This document shows positions 39,963-53,428 of a DNA stretch of 64,000 nt, piece after piece. Below the pieces are notes generated by a model. It searched no databases and was not told where the DNA came from. It worked only from the letters and a program-made list of their open reading frames with translations. The stretch lies in contig NC_068982.1 in NCBI RefSeq assembly GCF_001194135.2, positions 152,049,159-152,113,158 on the forward strand, given 5' to 3'. The translations under genes and the position numbers were made by a program. This DNA comes from Octopus bimaculoides. Lineage: Eukaryota. How positions within the stretch are numbered: the first letter of the stretch is position 1; each line of letters starts with the position of its first letter.

Positions 39963-40364
39963 ATGTAGACACACATAAACGCTTACATATAGATATGAAA
40001 TATAATGTAGCTAATTATATGAGTTTGATAAGCATGTTCACACTTAAATTGCTCTAAAGCAAAAAGGTGAACACATATGCATACATACTGAAATATACAA
40101 CTAACTGTGCATTCCACAATACATAAACATACATACACACATATTTATTTGTGCACACACACACACACACACAAATATATAGATACAAACATGCATTTAT
40201 GTATATGTACATGCATATATATCTGCATATATGTTTATATATATATATATATATATATATAAGATATAAGCAATACATATACATATGCATATATATATCT
40301 ATATACATATAATTAGGGAGATATCAATATGTATACACACACACACACAGATTGAAACATTCAC

Positions 40365-40413
<49 letters not shown>

Positions 40414-40897
40414 NNNNNNNNNNNNNNNNNNNNNNNNNNNNNNNNNNNNNNNNNNNNNNNNNNNNNNNNNNNNNNNNNNNNNNNNNNNNNNNNNNNNNNN
40501 NNNNNNNNNNNNNNNNNNNNNNNNNNNNNNNNNNNNNNNNNNNNNNNNNNNNNNNNNNNNNNNNNNNNNNNNNNNNNNNNNNNNNNNNNNNNNNNNNNNN
40601 NNNNNNNNNNNNNNNNNNNNNNNNNNNNNNNNNNNNNNNNNNNNNNNNNNNNNNNNNNNNNNNNNNNNNNNNNNNNNNNNNNNNNNNNNNNNNNNNNNNN
40701 NNNNNNNNNNNNNNNNNNNNNNNNNNNNNNNNNNNNNNNNNNNNNNNNNNNNNNNNNNNNNNNNNNNNNNNNNNNNNNNNNNNNNNNNNNNNNNNNNNNN
40801 NNNNNNNNNNNNNNNNNNNNNNNNNNNNNNNNNNNNNNNNNNNNNNNNNNNNNNNNNNNNNNNNNNNNNNNNNNNNNNNNNNNNNNNNNNNNNNNNN
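40414..40897. other. Assembly gap (484 N); 10-N gaps also at 1256-1265, 5112-5121 and 34022-34031
   Basis: Runs of N, each adjacent to a (TA)n or (TG)n microsatellite. Confidence 1.
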
Positions 40898-40962
<65 letters not shown>

Positions 40963-41121
40963 ATGCATGCATGTATGTATGTCCGTATGTATCTGTGTGT
41001 GTATCTGTTCATGTATGTAACTATGTATGTATGTATAAGTTGTTATGACTCATCAATCCTACACTATCCAACAAATTCTCTTTCTGTCCCACACCCCATG
41101 TATGTCTATATACATATATAT

Positions 41122-41456
41122 ATCAAAATAAGCAACAAGGATATCCAAAGTTAATGCAGTACGATCGTTTCAAGCGACTGCATTTATTTAAGCAATGTGA
41201 ACATTACATCAAATGTAAAATGCAGGGCAATCCTCAGCTGCACAAAGATATAGAAATTTACTGAAATTTCACAGAAGGACAAACTACATATGTCCTTCTG
41301 TTGAAATGAAATTTCAGTAAATTTTTATATCTTAGTGCAGCTGAGGGTTGCTCTGCATTTTACATTTGATGTAATGTTCACATTGCTTAAATAAATGGAG
41401 TCTCATGAAACGATCGTACTGCATTAACTTTGGATATCCTTGTTGCTTATTTTGAT
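41122..41456. repeat. 335-bp fold-back (~160-bp arms, 9-nt loop)
   Basis: Arms 41122-41281 and 41291-41456 are reverse complements with about seven substitutions and one 6-nt duplication; loop aactacata. Confidence 0.93.
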
Positions 41457-43289
41457 TTTAATCACCTTATTTTGGAATTGTATGGATAATACCATACTTA
41501 ATTCTGGTGCCTAAAATTAAATACCATATTCACCTTGAATCTACATACACACACACACACACTTGTATCAAAATGTTTATGCATACACAAGAAAGACAGG
41601 TCACCCAATATATTCTGCAGATTTTAAATTCATAACAAAGAGTTAATGAGTCACTCTTCCATTATTTAATGTAGCCACTAGTAATGCAGTTCATATTTTC
41701 AAGTATGGTGAGTTATTGGTTTAAGACAGTCATGTGTTGGTTTTAAGTCCAACCAATAAATAATAATTGAGATTACCCAGACAAGTTGCATATTCATTAA
41801 CAAAGAAGAATACTCTTCATGATGTGTAATCAAAAATTTCTAATATTCTTATTGCTTACCTCAGGATATGCAGCTAACTGTAAATTCTCCTGAAGAAATA
41901 TTCATATGTGGTGACAGAACATAACACCTTAGATTTTGTATTATGGGATATCATAGGCTGTCCCAGTAGCTGGATCTTTTCAGAAAAAGAAGTTTATAGT
42001 CCTATGGTATGTTGGAATAAGGACTAAATCTATGAGGTGACGGTGACTTTAGTTCTTGAGTTTCCAAATAAATTGCGACAGGGAAGTGGAATTTTTCTTA
42101 TTCCTAAATGTAAATGACTACAAATAAAATTAGAAACTTGGCAGCCAGTGTGATTAGGAGAGTCCAGTCTATTCTTTAATAAAAAGCAGTTTTAACAGAG
42201 TAGTCCTGTTTTATAATAAGAAACTATGCAGGAGCACCTTCAATGAGAAGCTAGTTTGTAATCAGAGTTAGGGAGAGGAAATTATTCTGGTTTAACACTC
42301 TATCCTCATAACCAGGAATTCCTATCTCTTGTAAGGTACCACTTCCTTCCAACATGTAAGTTCTTCAAAGCTTTTGTAGATAGTAAATCAGCAGAGTATT
42401 TAGTGCATCAGACAGAATAGTTCATGGCATTTGTTTTGACTTTGTGTGATCTAATGTAATCAAGGTCAACTTTGCCTTTCATCCATTTAGGGTCAACAAA
42501 AGAATACCAATCCAAGGTGGTGGATTTGCACAACTATAAGAACTTTGGACCAGATGACTAACAGAATTTATTCTGACTCTTTGTGTCCTGAGTCCAAATC
42601 TCACCATGGTCTACTTGGTTGGTGACCTTAATTTGTCACCTAGTACTAGAATACATTTTGCAGAGTTCACTCTGTTACACATTTAGGTCTAGGAACAGGA
42701 AAAACTCTACTTCTTTGTCCCAACTTATTTGGAAGCTCAGAGAGACACTCTTGAGCTACTACAACTTGTAATATTCTTGACAAAGATATTCTGTTCTCTA
42801 ATAGATCACATGAATTTAGATTTTGCCTATCTGAAAAGTCTCAGATACTGAACAGCCTGTAATATTCCCTAATAGAAAGTGGATATTGCTTCTGGAGAAT
42901 TTTCAACCAGCTACATATCCTGTGGTAGTGACACATATTCGGAAAATTCCCAAGTAGAATCTCACAGAATAACCTCCTTTGTCAATGAGGCAAGTAGTCT
43001 TCCTAACATTTTAGTAGTGTGGGCTTAGAACCTACAGCATTGTGAACCACATGGTCTGTGTTGAACAATAATAACTGATCGTACTCACAAAAAAACATAA
43101 AGAATTGTCTTAGCAGAGATTGTTACATCTTCATCCATTTGAAAAGTGTATGTATATATGTATGTGTATATATATGTGTGTGTTCATGTGTGTGTGTGTG
43201 TGTGTGTGGTAAAGATTATTTGCCAACATAATGTGACAGTCCTGGTTGGAACAAATGTTACTGTTATTTACATACATAAATATACACAT

Positions 43290-43329
<40 letters not shown>

Positions 43330-43558
43330 GTATGTATGTATGTATGTATGTGTATAGGTATGCATGTATGTATGTGTACATGAACAAAGATGCTTTAGAG
43401 ACATTCAAAATATTTCTGTCATTTTTCAAATGAATGGAGATGTATATATGTATTTATTCATATTTGTGTGTGTCAGTGTCTTAGTGGATGATTGTGTGAA
43501 TGAGTGTCAGTATGTATACGTATGTATCTATGGCTGATTGGATATTTTTATATATGTT

Positions 43559-43618
<60 letters not shown>

Positions 43619-43899
43619 TATTTTCTTGCTTTAAATATATCTTATAGATTGTTGGGTAGCAATGTCTATTGGTTTATGTTCTTTAATTAATCTATATGTT
43701 TACAGTTCAAGTTTGATTATTCCTTAGGTTATTATTATTATTTTCCATTTTATGTGTTGAAATACTGGCAACTTGTGTTTTCAGCTATGTTCAATAACTT
43801 CTGTTCAATGCATTTAGTTCACTAGTTTATTTTAATATTCTATGGCTTTTTACATTCTATAATTTTGGGGATGGCAATGTCCATTTTGATTTTTCTTTG

Positions 43900-44330
43900 T
43901 TTTCTATATTTTATTTTTGATTTTGTGTTTCATAGCAATACGAATGTAATGATCTATGTTTGAGACTTGATGTTCGTATTTGTGACAATAAGCAGGTGGA
44001 GATATATAATAGATACATTGCTCTAACGTTTTGCTCTGGTTACTTGTCTAATAATTTCTAGGCAGTGTCTTTGTTGTCTGTTTATAATGCTAGAGAGAAT
44101 AGTACTGCCCAGCTTTTGAAATTATAACGATATCCGTTAGGCAGCTGATGACAGATGTATATGTTTGATGTCCTTGTTGACTGCAAATCTATTTTATCTT
44201 GTGTTCTCCTGGTTCTAAGTTGTCCTTCACTGAAATTCTAGCTCTTGTAGGGTTAAACTTGTTTTGGGGTTCTTGGTTTCTTGGTATATGGAGGTTTTGT
44301 TGCATATATATAAATAAAGTGCAATGACAG
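43900..44330 (-). mobile_element. Possible Penelope-like GIY-YIG remnant
   Basis: Minus strand contains YRYNF..WAV-like and downstream ..IIRQV..-like remnants; heavily decayed. Confidence 0.25.
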
Positions 44331-44424
44331 TTGCTACAAATAGGACCCTATAGAGGAGATGCCTCAGAACTCTACTTCCTTGACCCTCCCAAGAATAGTA
44401 GATAGAGAAGAAAGATGGATCAAT

Positions 44425-44478
<54 letters not shown>

Positions 44479-44681
44479 CAAGAATATTAATAATAAAATC
44501 AAAAATCAAATCTAATATCAAATCACAATCAAACGGAAATTGTAGTTGTGGATGATGCCAGGGCTGCCTAACTGGCTCTTGTGCTCGTGGCACGCAATAA
44601 GCACCATTCATGTATAGGTCGTTTTCAGTGCAACCTAACTGGCTCTTCGTGGCACATAAAAAGCACCATCTGAAAAATAAT

Positions 44682-44718
<37 letters not shown>

Positions 44719-47700
44719 GACCTGGAAATAGAGGTAACTCGAATGTGGAATTTAAAAACAGAAACAATTCCTATCATAGTAGGTGCCTTAGGTATAATAA
44801 AAAAATATTCAGACAAATACATAGCAAAAACTCCAGGACTTACAAATATATATCACATACAGAAAATTGCACTACTGGGCACTGCACACATCCTACGCAA
44901 AACACTTTCAATACAGTAACCATAAGAGCATCACAGCAAACCACAGCACATACCCAAGGCACACAGAGCTGCGCTCGGTAGTGAAGTGAAAGTACGTTAT
45001 AAAAATAAAACTACTGAACAATAATAATAATGATAGAAAATTTAGACAAATACGTATAATTAGATTAGTGTGTTTAAATGTTGAGTAGAGCACCGGATAA
45101 GAAATTAAGGTTACTGTTTTAAATCTCTAGCCTCACATAAAGCATGCAGAACCCTACCTGATAGAGTTCATTACTTCTCAGATTATTCACAGTAACTTGA
45201 AACTCAAAGCTTCAAAACCTTTCTACTGTGAAATAACTTGAATATGGGTAGAAACTTAGATGCAGATTCAGCCTGCACGGGTTATAGTACCAATTTATTC
45301 TGTTTGAACACTCAAGCGCATATAATTGAGTTATAAGTTTCTTGCATGCTTTTATGTGTATTGAATTAACCTAAGAGAATTTTCCAAAAATTGTTCTTGT
45401 TGTTAACTTCTATTTTGTGGGAGATATAATACTTTAAAAGTACAAATATATTAGTCCAACTAAAGCAAAGTGGTTAAAAATAGTGTTTAAATATAAAATA
45501 TGTGAAAGGCAGTGACTGACTATTTGTAGAATATGTTGTGCGGTATTTGATCTTCTTTTACATTCTGAGTTGAAATCTCAATCACTTCAATTTTGTATTT
45601 CATCATTATGAGGTTGATAAAATAAGCATCAGCCAAAAACTGATGTTAATTAATTGATTATGCCCTCTCTGAAATTGTGTGACTTAATACCAAAGTCAGA
45701 AAGATAAGTAATAAGTGACTGAGCTAGCTGAATCATTCGCATTTTGAGTTCAAATTCCTCTACAGTCGTCTTTAGCTTTTACTTCTCCAGGGTTGATAAG
45801 TACCAGTCAACTTTATCCTCCTCTAAAAATATCATCACTCATGGTGCCTATCATTATAATTAGATTAAAAATTTGTGTTCAGTAAGATGTCTTAGATAGA
45901 CACCAAGAGTGGGTGTTCATACCTTTCACTTCATGTTTCTCATATACCTAACTATAGAGGAGTTGTAAGATTTGAGCTAATCCTCCCACTGATAGCTGGT
46001 AATTATTCTATTGGTTTTTGAGGAATGAAAAGCACAAATGATTCAATCAAGATTTGAACTGAGAACCTAGTGGAAGGTAACGAATTATGCAAAAGCATTT
46101 AATCACTCTCTATTCTTTCTGATAATTCACTCTACTCATTAAGAACTGAGCAATTAATATTGATATTCCTATTCTGACTATAAACATTGAATCCTTTCAT
46201 TATAGACATGTAAAGACTTATAATGTAATTAAATCATAGAGCCATAACTTTAATTGTAGGAAAATTATTAAATTGAAATCCAAATCCAAAATATAGATAA
46301 TGTTTATGCTGGTATTCTTTGAGTGATCATTTTTGTCTCCCACATTTTTCCTTTTGTACATTAATGACTTGGCAATCAAACACTGCAGATCTTATACCCT
46401 TTCACTTCTTAACTTTCCACACAAAAGTCTTGTTCACATGCAAGTTAGACTTTTCACATCAGACTTGCACTGGTTCTATAAAGGAAGACACTGAACAGAG
46501 TACATGCTCCAGTGAGAGCATGACAGTCTCATCCAACAACACCAAAACAGTCACTAAGACATATTAATCACAGTTCCCTTCTCTATAGAAAAACAGCCCA
46601 ATATTAATGATTTAAAAACTAATTTCGTACAAACACCAAACCTTACAGTACTTGGTGATTGCAACTTAACATATATAGCATTGCTAATGGCATATCCATC
46701 TTATAGGTTTTCTCTTCAGAGCCAGGAAATACTTCAGCCCTGGTTAGTGTTGGACCTTCTGCACATACATTTAAAGACCACTGTAGCTGTTAGAAATACA
46801 AATCCATAAATGTTCATGTAGCTAATTGGCAAAGATTTATATACCAACACACTACAATCACTAGCCCACACGGGCTTTCAAAGTCTCTTCTATCACTGCA
46901 GGCAAATTTTAGACAGTTAATTCTTTCACTTACCAGAAATAAATAAATAGATAAATAATAATAATAATAATAATCCCTACAGAACAACATCAATAGGCTA
47001 ATGTAATCATGGTAGATAAATAAAGCTGTGGTATTTTAGCTTTAATACCTCCTTTAAACTGATAATTTGGGCTGGCAACAATAGAATATAGTTCCCACTA
47101 TAACACCTTTCTGTCTGAACAACAAATCTGTGATAATTATCTTCTTGCTAGAGTAAAGGCTTTGGTTTCAGTATTAGAATATAGTCTGGCAGGTGGGGAT
47201 GGTCTTTCTTGTCTTAATCTAATTTCTGTAACAATTTATTATTTTGGAAAATTGAATTTTTTCTGAAACGGATTACTATAGAATTGCTATATAGGTCAGT
47301 AAAACCTTTGATGAGAATTACTAACTTTTTTTTCTAAGACTGGCAGATTTACAGTATAATATTTATTTTATATTGTCAATTCAATACTTTATATTGTTCC
47401 TTTCTATTTTGTTGGCAGTGTATCAGAAAATGCAATTTTCAATTGTTTCTATCTATCTAAGAAAAGTACTATTCTTGACATATCTTGTTAATCTCAATAT
47501 TTTCAGAATTCCATATATATTTTTTTAATTTTCTTTCTACATTTCTGCTATGTTTCATATTTGTTTGTCTTCTAACAGATGCTTTTAGACTCTGTTATCA
47601 TTGTATATCCTTTGTCATTCTTATATATTTTTGGCAAAACTGTATCAATTTAAAAAAAAAACAATCATATTACAAGTTAGACTTTAACCTCTTCACCATA

Positions 47701-48614
47701 CCTAAGTTACTTTTTTCTCACTTGTTTTATTTATACTTATCTATTAAACTACTTTTAGATCTCAGTCAGCTCTTTCACCTGTTTCTTTATCTATCAGCTT
47801 GTGTCTTTTCATATCCCTACATTCACTTCTTGTTATAGGATTAGTATTGGGTCATGTGATATGAAGAACTGGTTAGATATACATATCAAGTATATTAGAG
47901 GAAAAGAAATAAATTTCAATAAAGTATACTAAGAGAGAAGAGAAATTTCCAATTTTTTACAAGAATTGCATGTTGGATCCAGAAAAGTAAAATCTGGTTT
48001 CATATCCACACTAACTTATATCCAACTTGGGAAACATACAAGGCTAATGAAGTTGACTCCAAAAAGGAAAACCTAGAAGGAAGTTCTCTAGGTAATCTGG
48101 TTTCTGAAACTTATCTTCAGATGCTTCTCTGACTAATCTTATTGTTAGGTTCACCAAATTTTCACTCCTACAGAACAGAAAAGTAATTAAACTGATGAAG
48201 AGTAATATTATACAGTGGAAGCTGCTTAAGTCTCTCCTAAATCTAGTCTCGGCTTAAAACCTAAAGAATTCACTTCAGATGTTATGGCTACTTAGCAGAG
48301 TTTTCCATGGATTCTATATTTCCTATTCTCTTTGTTTGTGCCATACATATTTCTGCAAAATAATTTTAAAATATTAGAAAACATACCACTGGAATAGCTA
48401 CAGATAAAGGAAGACTCTGTAAGAGTCTACCTTGAGTGTATAAGAAATCTTAGAGTTCCACTTGTCAACTACTGCTCATCTGAAACTAGGAAACCTAAGG
48501 TGATGATAAATATGGTTTGTTCTGCCACATCTGAAATGTAGTTCCTAGGTCAGTATATCAATCATTCCTTTAAAATATCAAAATCTAGAAACCCAAGATA
48601 GAAAGCTACTTACT

Positions 48615-48865
48615 TTTATTTCTGGAAATCTGAAAATATTGAGATAAATTGCTCCTCTGTTTCTAGAATATCTGAAAATATTAATTACATAAATAATTCT
48701 TGGGATATCTGATAATATTAATTAGGAAAATAACATTTGGAATATCTAAAATGCTAATTAAATAGATAATTCCTGGAATATCTGAAAATATTGATTAGAT
48801 TCATGATAGCTAGCGCATCTGAAAATATTCACTAGAAAAATAGCTCTTGCCTTCTCTGAAAATAC
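48615..48865. repeat. ~37-bp tandem minisatellite, 6-7 diverged units
   Basis: Recurring core ggaatatctgaaaatattaatta at ~37-42-bp spacing. Confidence 0.7.
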
Positions 48866-48944
48866 AAATTCAATAAATTTTAAAGGGAAATTTAATATTT
48901 TAATTAATGAAATTACAAAACAAAATCTTCTGTTGTAATTCCCT

Positions 48945-49105
48945 TCATTTTAGGGTGAATTATAGGAATTGAAACTCCAGCATTTAACTGGTACTTTATT
49001 TTATTGACCTCAGAATGATGAAAGGCAAAGTTGACTTCAAAAGAATTGCATCTCAGAAGTTACAAAGTAACTATTGCAGCCATTTTATCTGGTGCTCTTC
49101 TAATT
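48945..49105 (-). mobile_element. Family C SINE copy, reverse
   Basis: actggtactttattttattgacctcagaatgatgaaaggcaaagttgac is the reverse complement of the family C central block. Confidence 0.65.
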
Positions 49106-51244
49106 CTGCCAATTCACTACCTATTTGTATTTGTACAACTACAGCCTCCCTTTCTGTTACCATTGAAAAGATGAATGAAGTGTCTGATAGATAAATGACC
49201 AACAGACTAATCTACTGTCGTGTCTCAACAATTCTTCTCAATGTTATATTCTACAATGTTATATTCTACAATTAACTCAGTTGTGAGTTGTGTCATTTAG
49301 AATAGTCCTCTTTTTTCTATGTCTCTAATTCACCAGCCAGATACAATAATGTCTGGTCACCATATGCTGAAGAGTTTAATACTGGGTTAGACTGACAATT
49401 TCTCTTTGATATAAAAAGTTCTTTAATGTTAGGTATATGTCTAAAGTTCCTTGGAATGATCCTGTTTCTAAAAACTGAAACCAACCTAGGTTTCAAAATC
49501 AGAATAAGTCTGGGTGACTTTTGGTCTAAACATTAGAATCACTTTATGGAAACAATCTTAACATTGCTCTAAGCATCAGAGGCACATAGTAGCCTGATTA
49601 CCACAGAAGGTATTAAAATTTGTGTCTTGCTTTGCTGAAACATGTCTTTGTTTAATATTGATCGGAAGGAGTTATTCTATAAAACCTCAACCTCGACATT
49701 AAAATATTTCTCTGATCATATCAACTGAGACAACTATCAATGAAGTAATGAAGAAACATGTATGTGGTCTTTCGACGTGCTAGAAATAGCAGTCAAATCT
49801 TCTTCAAATATCTACCAGCTCAAAAAAGGAAGAATATATATTCTGTTAAGTGGTGTTAGACAACTTGTGTCTCAAAAGATGAGAAGTAATGACTTGAATG
49901 CCTTTGATGATAGGTCTGCTTGAACCAGTGCTGAGCGGTTAAGCAACAATAAACACTTATTCTCTAATAATCTTGCTGTTAAGTGCTGTTGAAAGCCAAT
50001 TGCATATATGTTGGTGATTTTAAAGATGCTGGTAATGTTTGCTACAATTAATTTTAGATAAAGGCTAAAGTCAGTTTTTGTAAGATTTTGCTCTTACAAT
50101 TAGCAAGATCAAAACAAAATATCTGAAATGAATTTGCAACTTTGAATTACATTCAATATTATATTCCAAAAGCTGATAACAAGTTCACAAACTGATGCAT
50201 ATGATTTTTTTGCTAGATTTCATTGGTTTAGATCTGCAATTCACAACTGATGGATCATAAACCAAATTGAATCACAGAGTAATTCTGAAAGGATTAAGAA
50301 GTCAAAATATTTTACATTTGAATATTTGATAAAACTTGAAATTTCATGAATATGTTATGCAATTAACCATAATATACACACTATGGCACTACATTTAGTG
50401 CAAGTAAAATCTGAAGAATATTTCCTCAAGAAAAGTATCAAATGTTAAATCTACCTCATTGGAATATTTATCTTTGGAATTGGTTTATATTAACTTATTT
50501 ATATATTAAATTACAAGTCCTAACAAAGTGTGTTAGTGCTTACTTAATTAATATCATAACTAATTAATGAAGTTTATACCTATATGAAGAAGAGGTAATC
50601 ATTGAACAATGATCAGTTAAAGCATGGGTAACAATTTGTCACATGGATGATAAAATATTAGATACGTGTATATGCCAATATTGCTACATTGATCATCCTT
50701 ATCTTTGCCATCAGAATTATCTGTCAAAAGAATGTGAAGTGGATATTGATATAAAAATCTAGGTCAAGCCCTTATGTAGAGATTTGTTTAAAACTGATCT
50801 TTTGACTGCTTGAATCAATCAAAAAACAACATTATCATAATAGTAGAAACAGACAGACTTTCTCCTACATCAGCTACTTAATTCTTCAGTCAAAAATACT
50901 ATGAAATCTGTCAGTCTAGAACTAGTCTGTCATATCAGCAAAGAGTATGCAAGTTATAGCATATTGTGTGGGTGTGTGCGCATGCGTGTATGTGTGTGTG
51001 TTTCTATAAATTTTTACTACATATTTCTCTCTCATATCTTATATTTTGTAATTGAAAGGATGACATAGAGAATCTCATTTCTGTTTTAAAATATCATTAA
51101 TTTCTCTGTTGATCTCTTTATTTTTCATTTTTTTTTTCTTTGGAATTTGTGAATAAAGATAACTTACCTATTTCCAAGGCCAAAAAGTTCCTCAAACTTG
51201 AATTATATCAAATAATTTAATAACTTTCCACTTGTACTCCTAAG

Positions 51245-51274
<30 letters not shown>

Positions 51275-51277
<3 letters not shown>

Positions 51278-51408
51278 TTCAAATTTTTCCACAAGGTCAG
51301 TCATTTTGGGGGAGAGGATGTGTCAATTACATCGACCCCAGTGTTCAACTGGTACTTAATTTATCGATACCAAAAGGATGAAAGGCAAAGTTGACCACAA
51401 TGGAATTT
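51275..51408 (-). mobile_element. Family C SINE 3' part, reverse
   Basis: catcgaccccagtgttcaactggtacttaatttatcgataccaaaaggatgaaaggcaaagttgacc. Confidence 0.7.
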
Positions 51409-51409
51409 C

Positions 51410-51441
<32 letters not shown>

Positions 51442-51599
51442 GCTCATTGTATAAATTGTTCAAATGCACTGCAACCCATTAGAAAAAAAGTTGAAAAAAT
51501 GAAACATAAATCCAAGTAGGCAATGACGACAGTGTAAGCTGGAAATACATGCACAGTACACTGAATAAAATAAAAAGTCAGAAAAATGAGCTGTAAAAG

Positions 51600-52193
51600 A
51601 GTCATAAAGAAGAAAGTTTGCACAGTCAAGTCAGTAGTGCTGGCCCATTTTGAGGAACTATGGCATTTTTGAATGATTCAATATCCTGACAGATAACAAC
51701 TGATGTGGGTAGCTTGAGCATAAAAAAATGTTTCTGAAAGTCATGGATGCCACACTGATTTTTTAAAATTTTATATGTATGTCTACAAGTGGCAGAGGTA
51801 TTAGATTCAAAAAATGGCCAAAGTTGTCCAAAGGATAGTGGATAACCTTGTAGGCTTCTAGTCAGCTGCAAAATGTTAAAACTTTAGTGTGATAGCGTTC
51901 AAAGAAGCAATACTTTCAAGATACAGTGACTGACTCAGAGTATTCATCCAGTTGCACATTTCTGGACAGCTTTCAGTAGATTGATATTCTGGACAAGATG
52001 GGGATTCCAGAAAAAGAGATGCAAACTGTAAGTGTGGATGTGCCATAGTCATATATAGCTTTAAATAAGTAATTGATGAATAGCTAACAAAGGTCTTACT
52101 GAGTGATGTTAAGACACCCTCAACCTTTTTGATGATTTTTAGAAATGTGATTTGTCAAAAGCAGAACATTGTTAACAATATTGCCTAGGTCAC
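51600..52193 (-). mobile_element. CR1-clade LINE 3' fragment (RT C-terminal region)
   Basis: Minus strand DLG.IV....HISK..K..YLKLYMTM..PHLQFA..WNP..NINLL.AVQ..TL....L..AYK..RHTYKILK....DFQKHFF..KLP.SVV is the characteristic CR1 C-terminus. Confidence 0.75.
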
Positions 52194-53428
52194 TTTTATA
52201 TCCTTGTACATTGGATATATGATATAACAAAGCAGGAGGGAAGGAAGTATATACACGACACACTACTATTACGATTACATGAGACTTACACCTCTCCACC
52301 ATGGCTCACAGTGAACTGTTTACCAACCTGAACTGCCAATTGTTCACAGTTCTTTGTTGTATGACAATGAGTCGGTCCACCTTTTAGTCATTTGAGGGTT
52401 GGTCAGAATCCTTCCACAACATCTCCCCTTTTTAGAATCAGTCTCCCCTATCAAGAATTGAACTCCGCTCAGTGATTTTGTTCTTTTCTGTTTTCTGGTG
52501 CTAGAATGTGTTGTTTCAAATTGTTTGTGTGTTGGTACATCAAACATGTCGTACAATACTTCCATGGGAATTTCATTTCTCATGACTGTTTTTTCCATGA
52601 ATCTTTTTTTAAGTTGGTTAATGTCTTTTATATTTGACATTTTTTCCTTTTACCAGGAATATCATTCTTCCAATCTATTTAATAATTACACCATCCTCCC
52701 AGCTTTCTTTACCATATCTATAAGTTTTTAAAAAAACTTTGTCACCTAACTTGAAGAATTTTGGAGTATTTTTGTTGTTTGCTTTTTTTATTTTTACTTG
52801 GTATCAGCTTATCAAAGACAGATCTGCCCTTTCTAACAAACATCAATTCTGTGAGTGACATACCCGACGGTATATTCAGATTAGGTGTTACTTGGTACAC
52901 TCTTTGAAATTGTTGCAGTGCAAAATTGTTCATCACTTCATTGTTTGCCTTTTACAATGCCTTCTTGAAAGTGTCAAAATGCTCTGCTTGTCCATTTGAC
53001 CTAGGATGATAGAGCAGACTGGTGACATATTAGATGACTAACATTTTACAAAATTTTCTGAACTCATCAGACATAAATTGAGTTTCAATATCAGACACAA
53101 TGGTATCCGGAATACCATACCCAGCAAACAATTCATGTGAAAAACTTATTGTAACCACAGATGTCATCTTTCTTATATTTATGCACTTCTGGCCACTTTG
53201 AAAAAAACATTCACCACAAGGTAATATGAACCCTTAAGTGGACCTGTGTAATCGACATGCAGTCTGGCCCATGGAACATCTGTTTTTGGCCACGGTTGCC
53301 ATTTAGTGGAAGGTACTTTTGCAGCTAAGGCATACTCTCATCGCCACTTTTATATCATTTGTATGTTGGATATATAATATAATGAAACAGAGGCGAAGGA
53401 AGTATATACACGACGCACTACTATTTTA
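52194..53428 (-). mobile_element. Ty3/Gypsy LTR-retrotransposon deletion derivative: 5'LTR remnant - PBS - integrase - PPT - 3'LTR
   Basis: 3' LTR 52421->52194 begins TGTTG immediately after PPT AAAAAGGGGAGA (52433-52422). About 80 bp of its end is repeated at 53428->53348, followed by PBS-like GTGGCGATGAG. Internal minus-strand WPKTDVPWARLHVDYTGP..FSKWPEV..GIPDTIVSD..QFMSDEF.KFC..YHPRSNGQAE (rve integrase). GTGAC flanks both ends. Confidence 0.85.

Noticed and set aside
40054-41154. Long ORFs of 200-289 aa in several frames (also 17927-18646)
   Set aside because: They read through N gaps and (TA)n/(TG)n tracts; no real coding information.
48191-48240. CTGATGA motif (also 44156 and 14341) as a possible intact hammerhead
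   Set aside because: No stem II followed by GAAA and a GUH triplet downstream at any of these sites.
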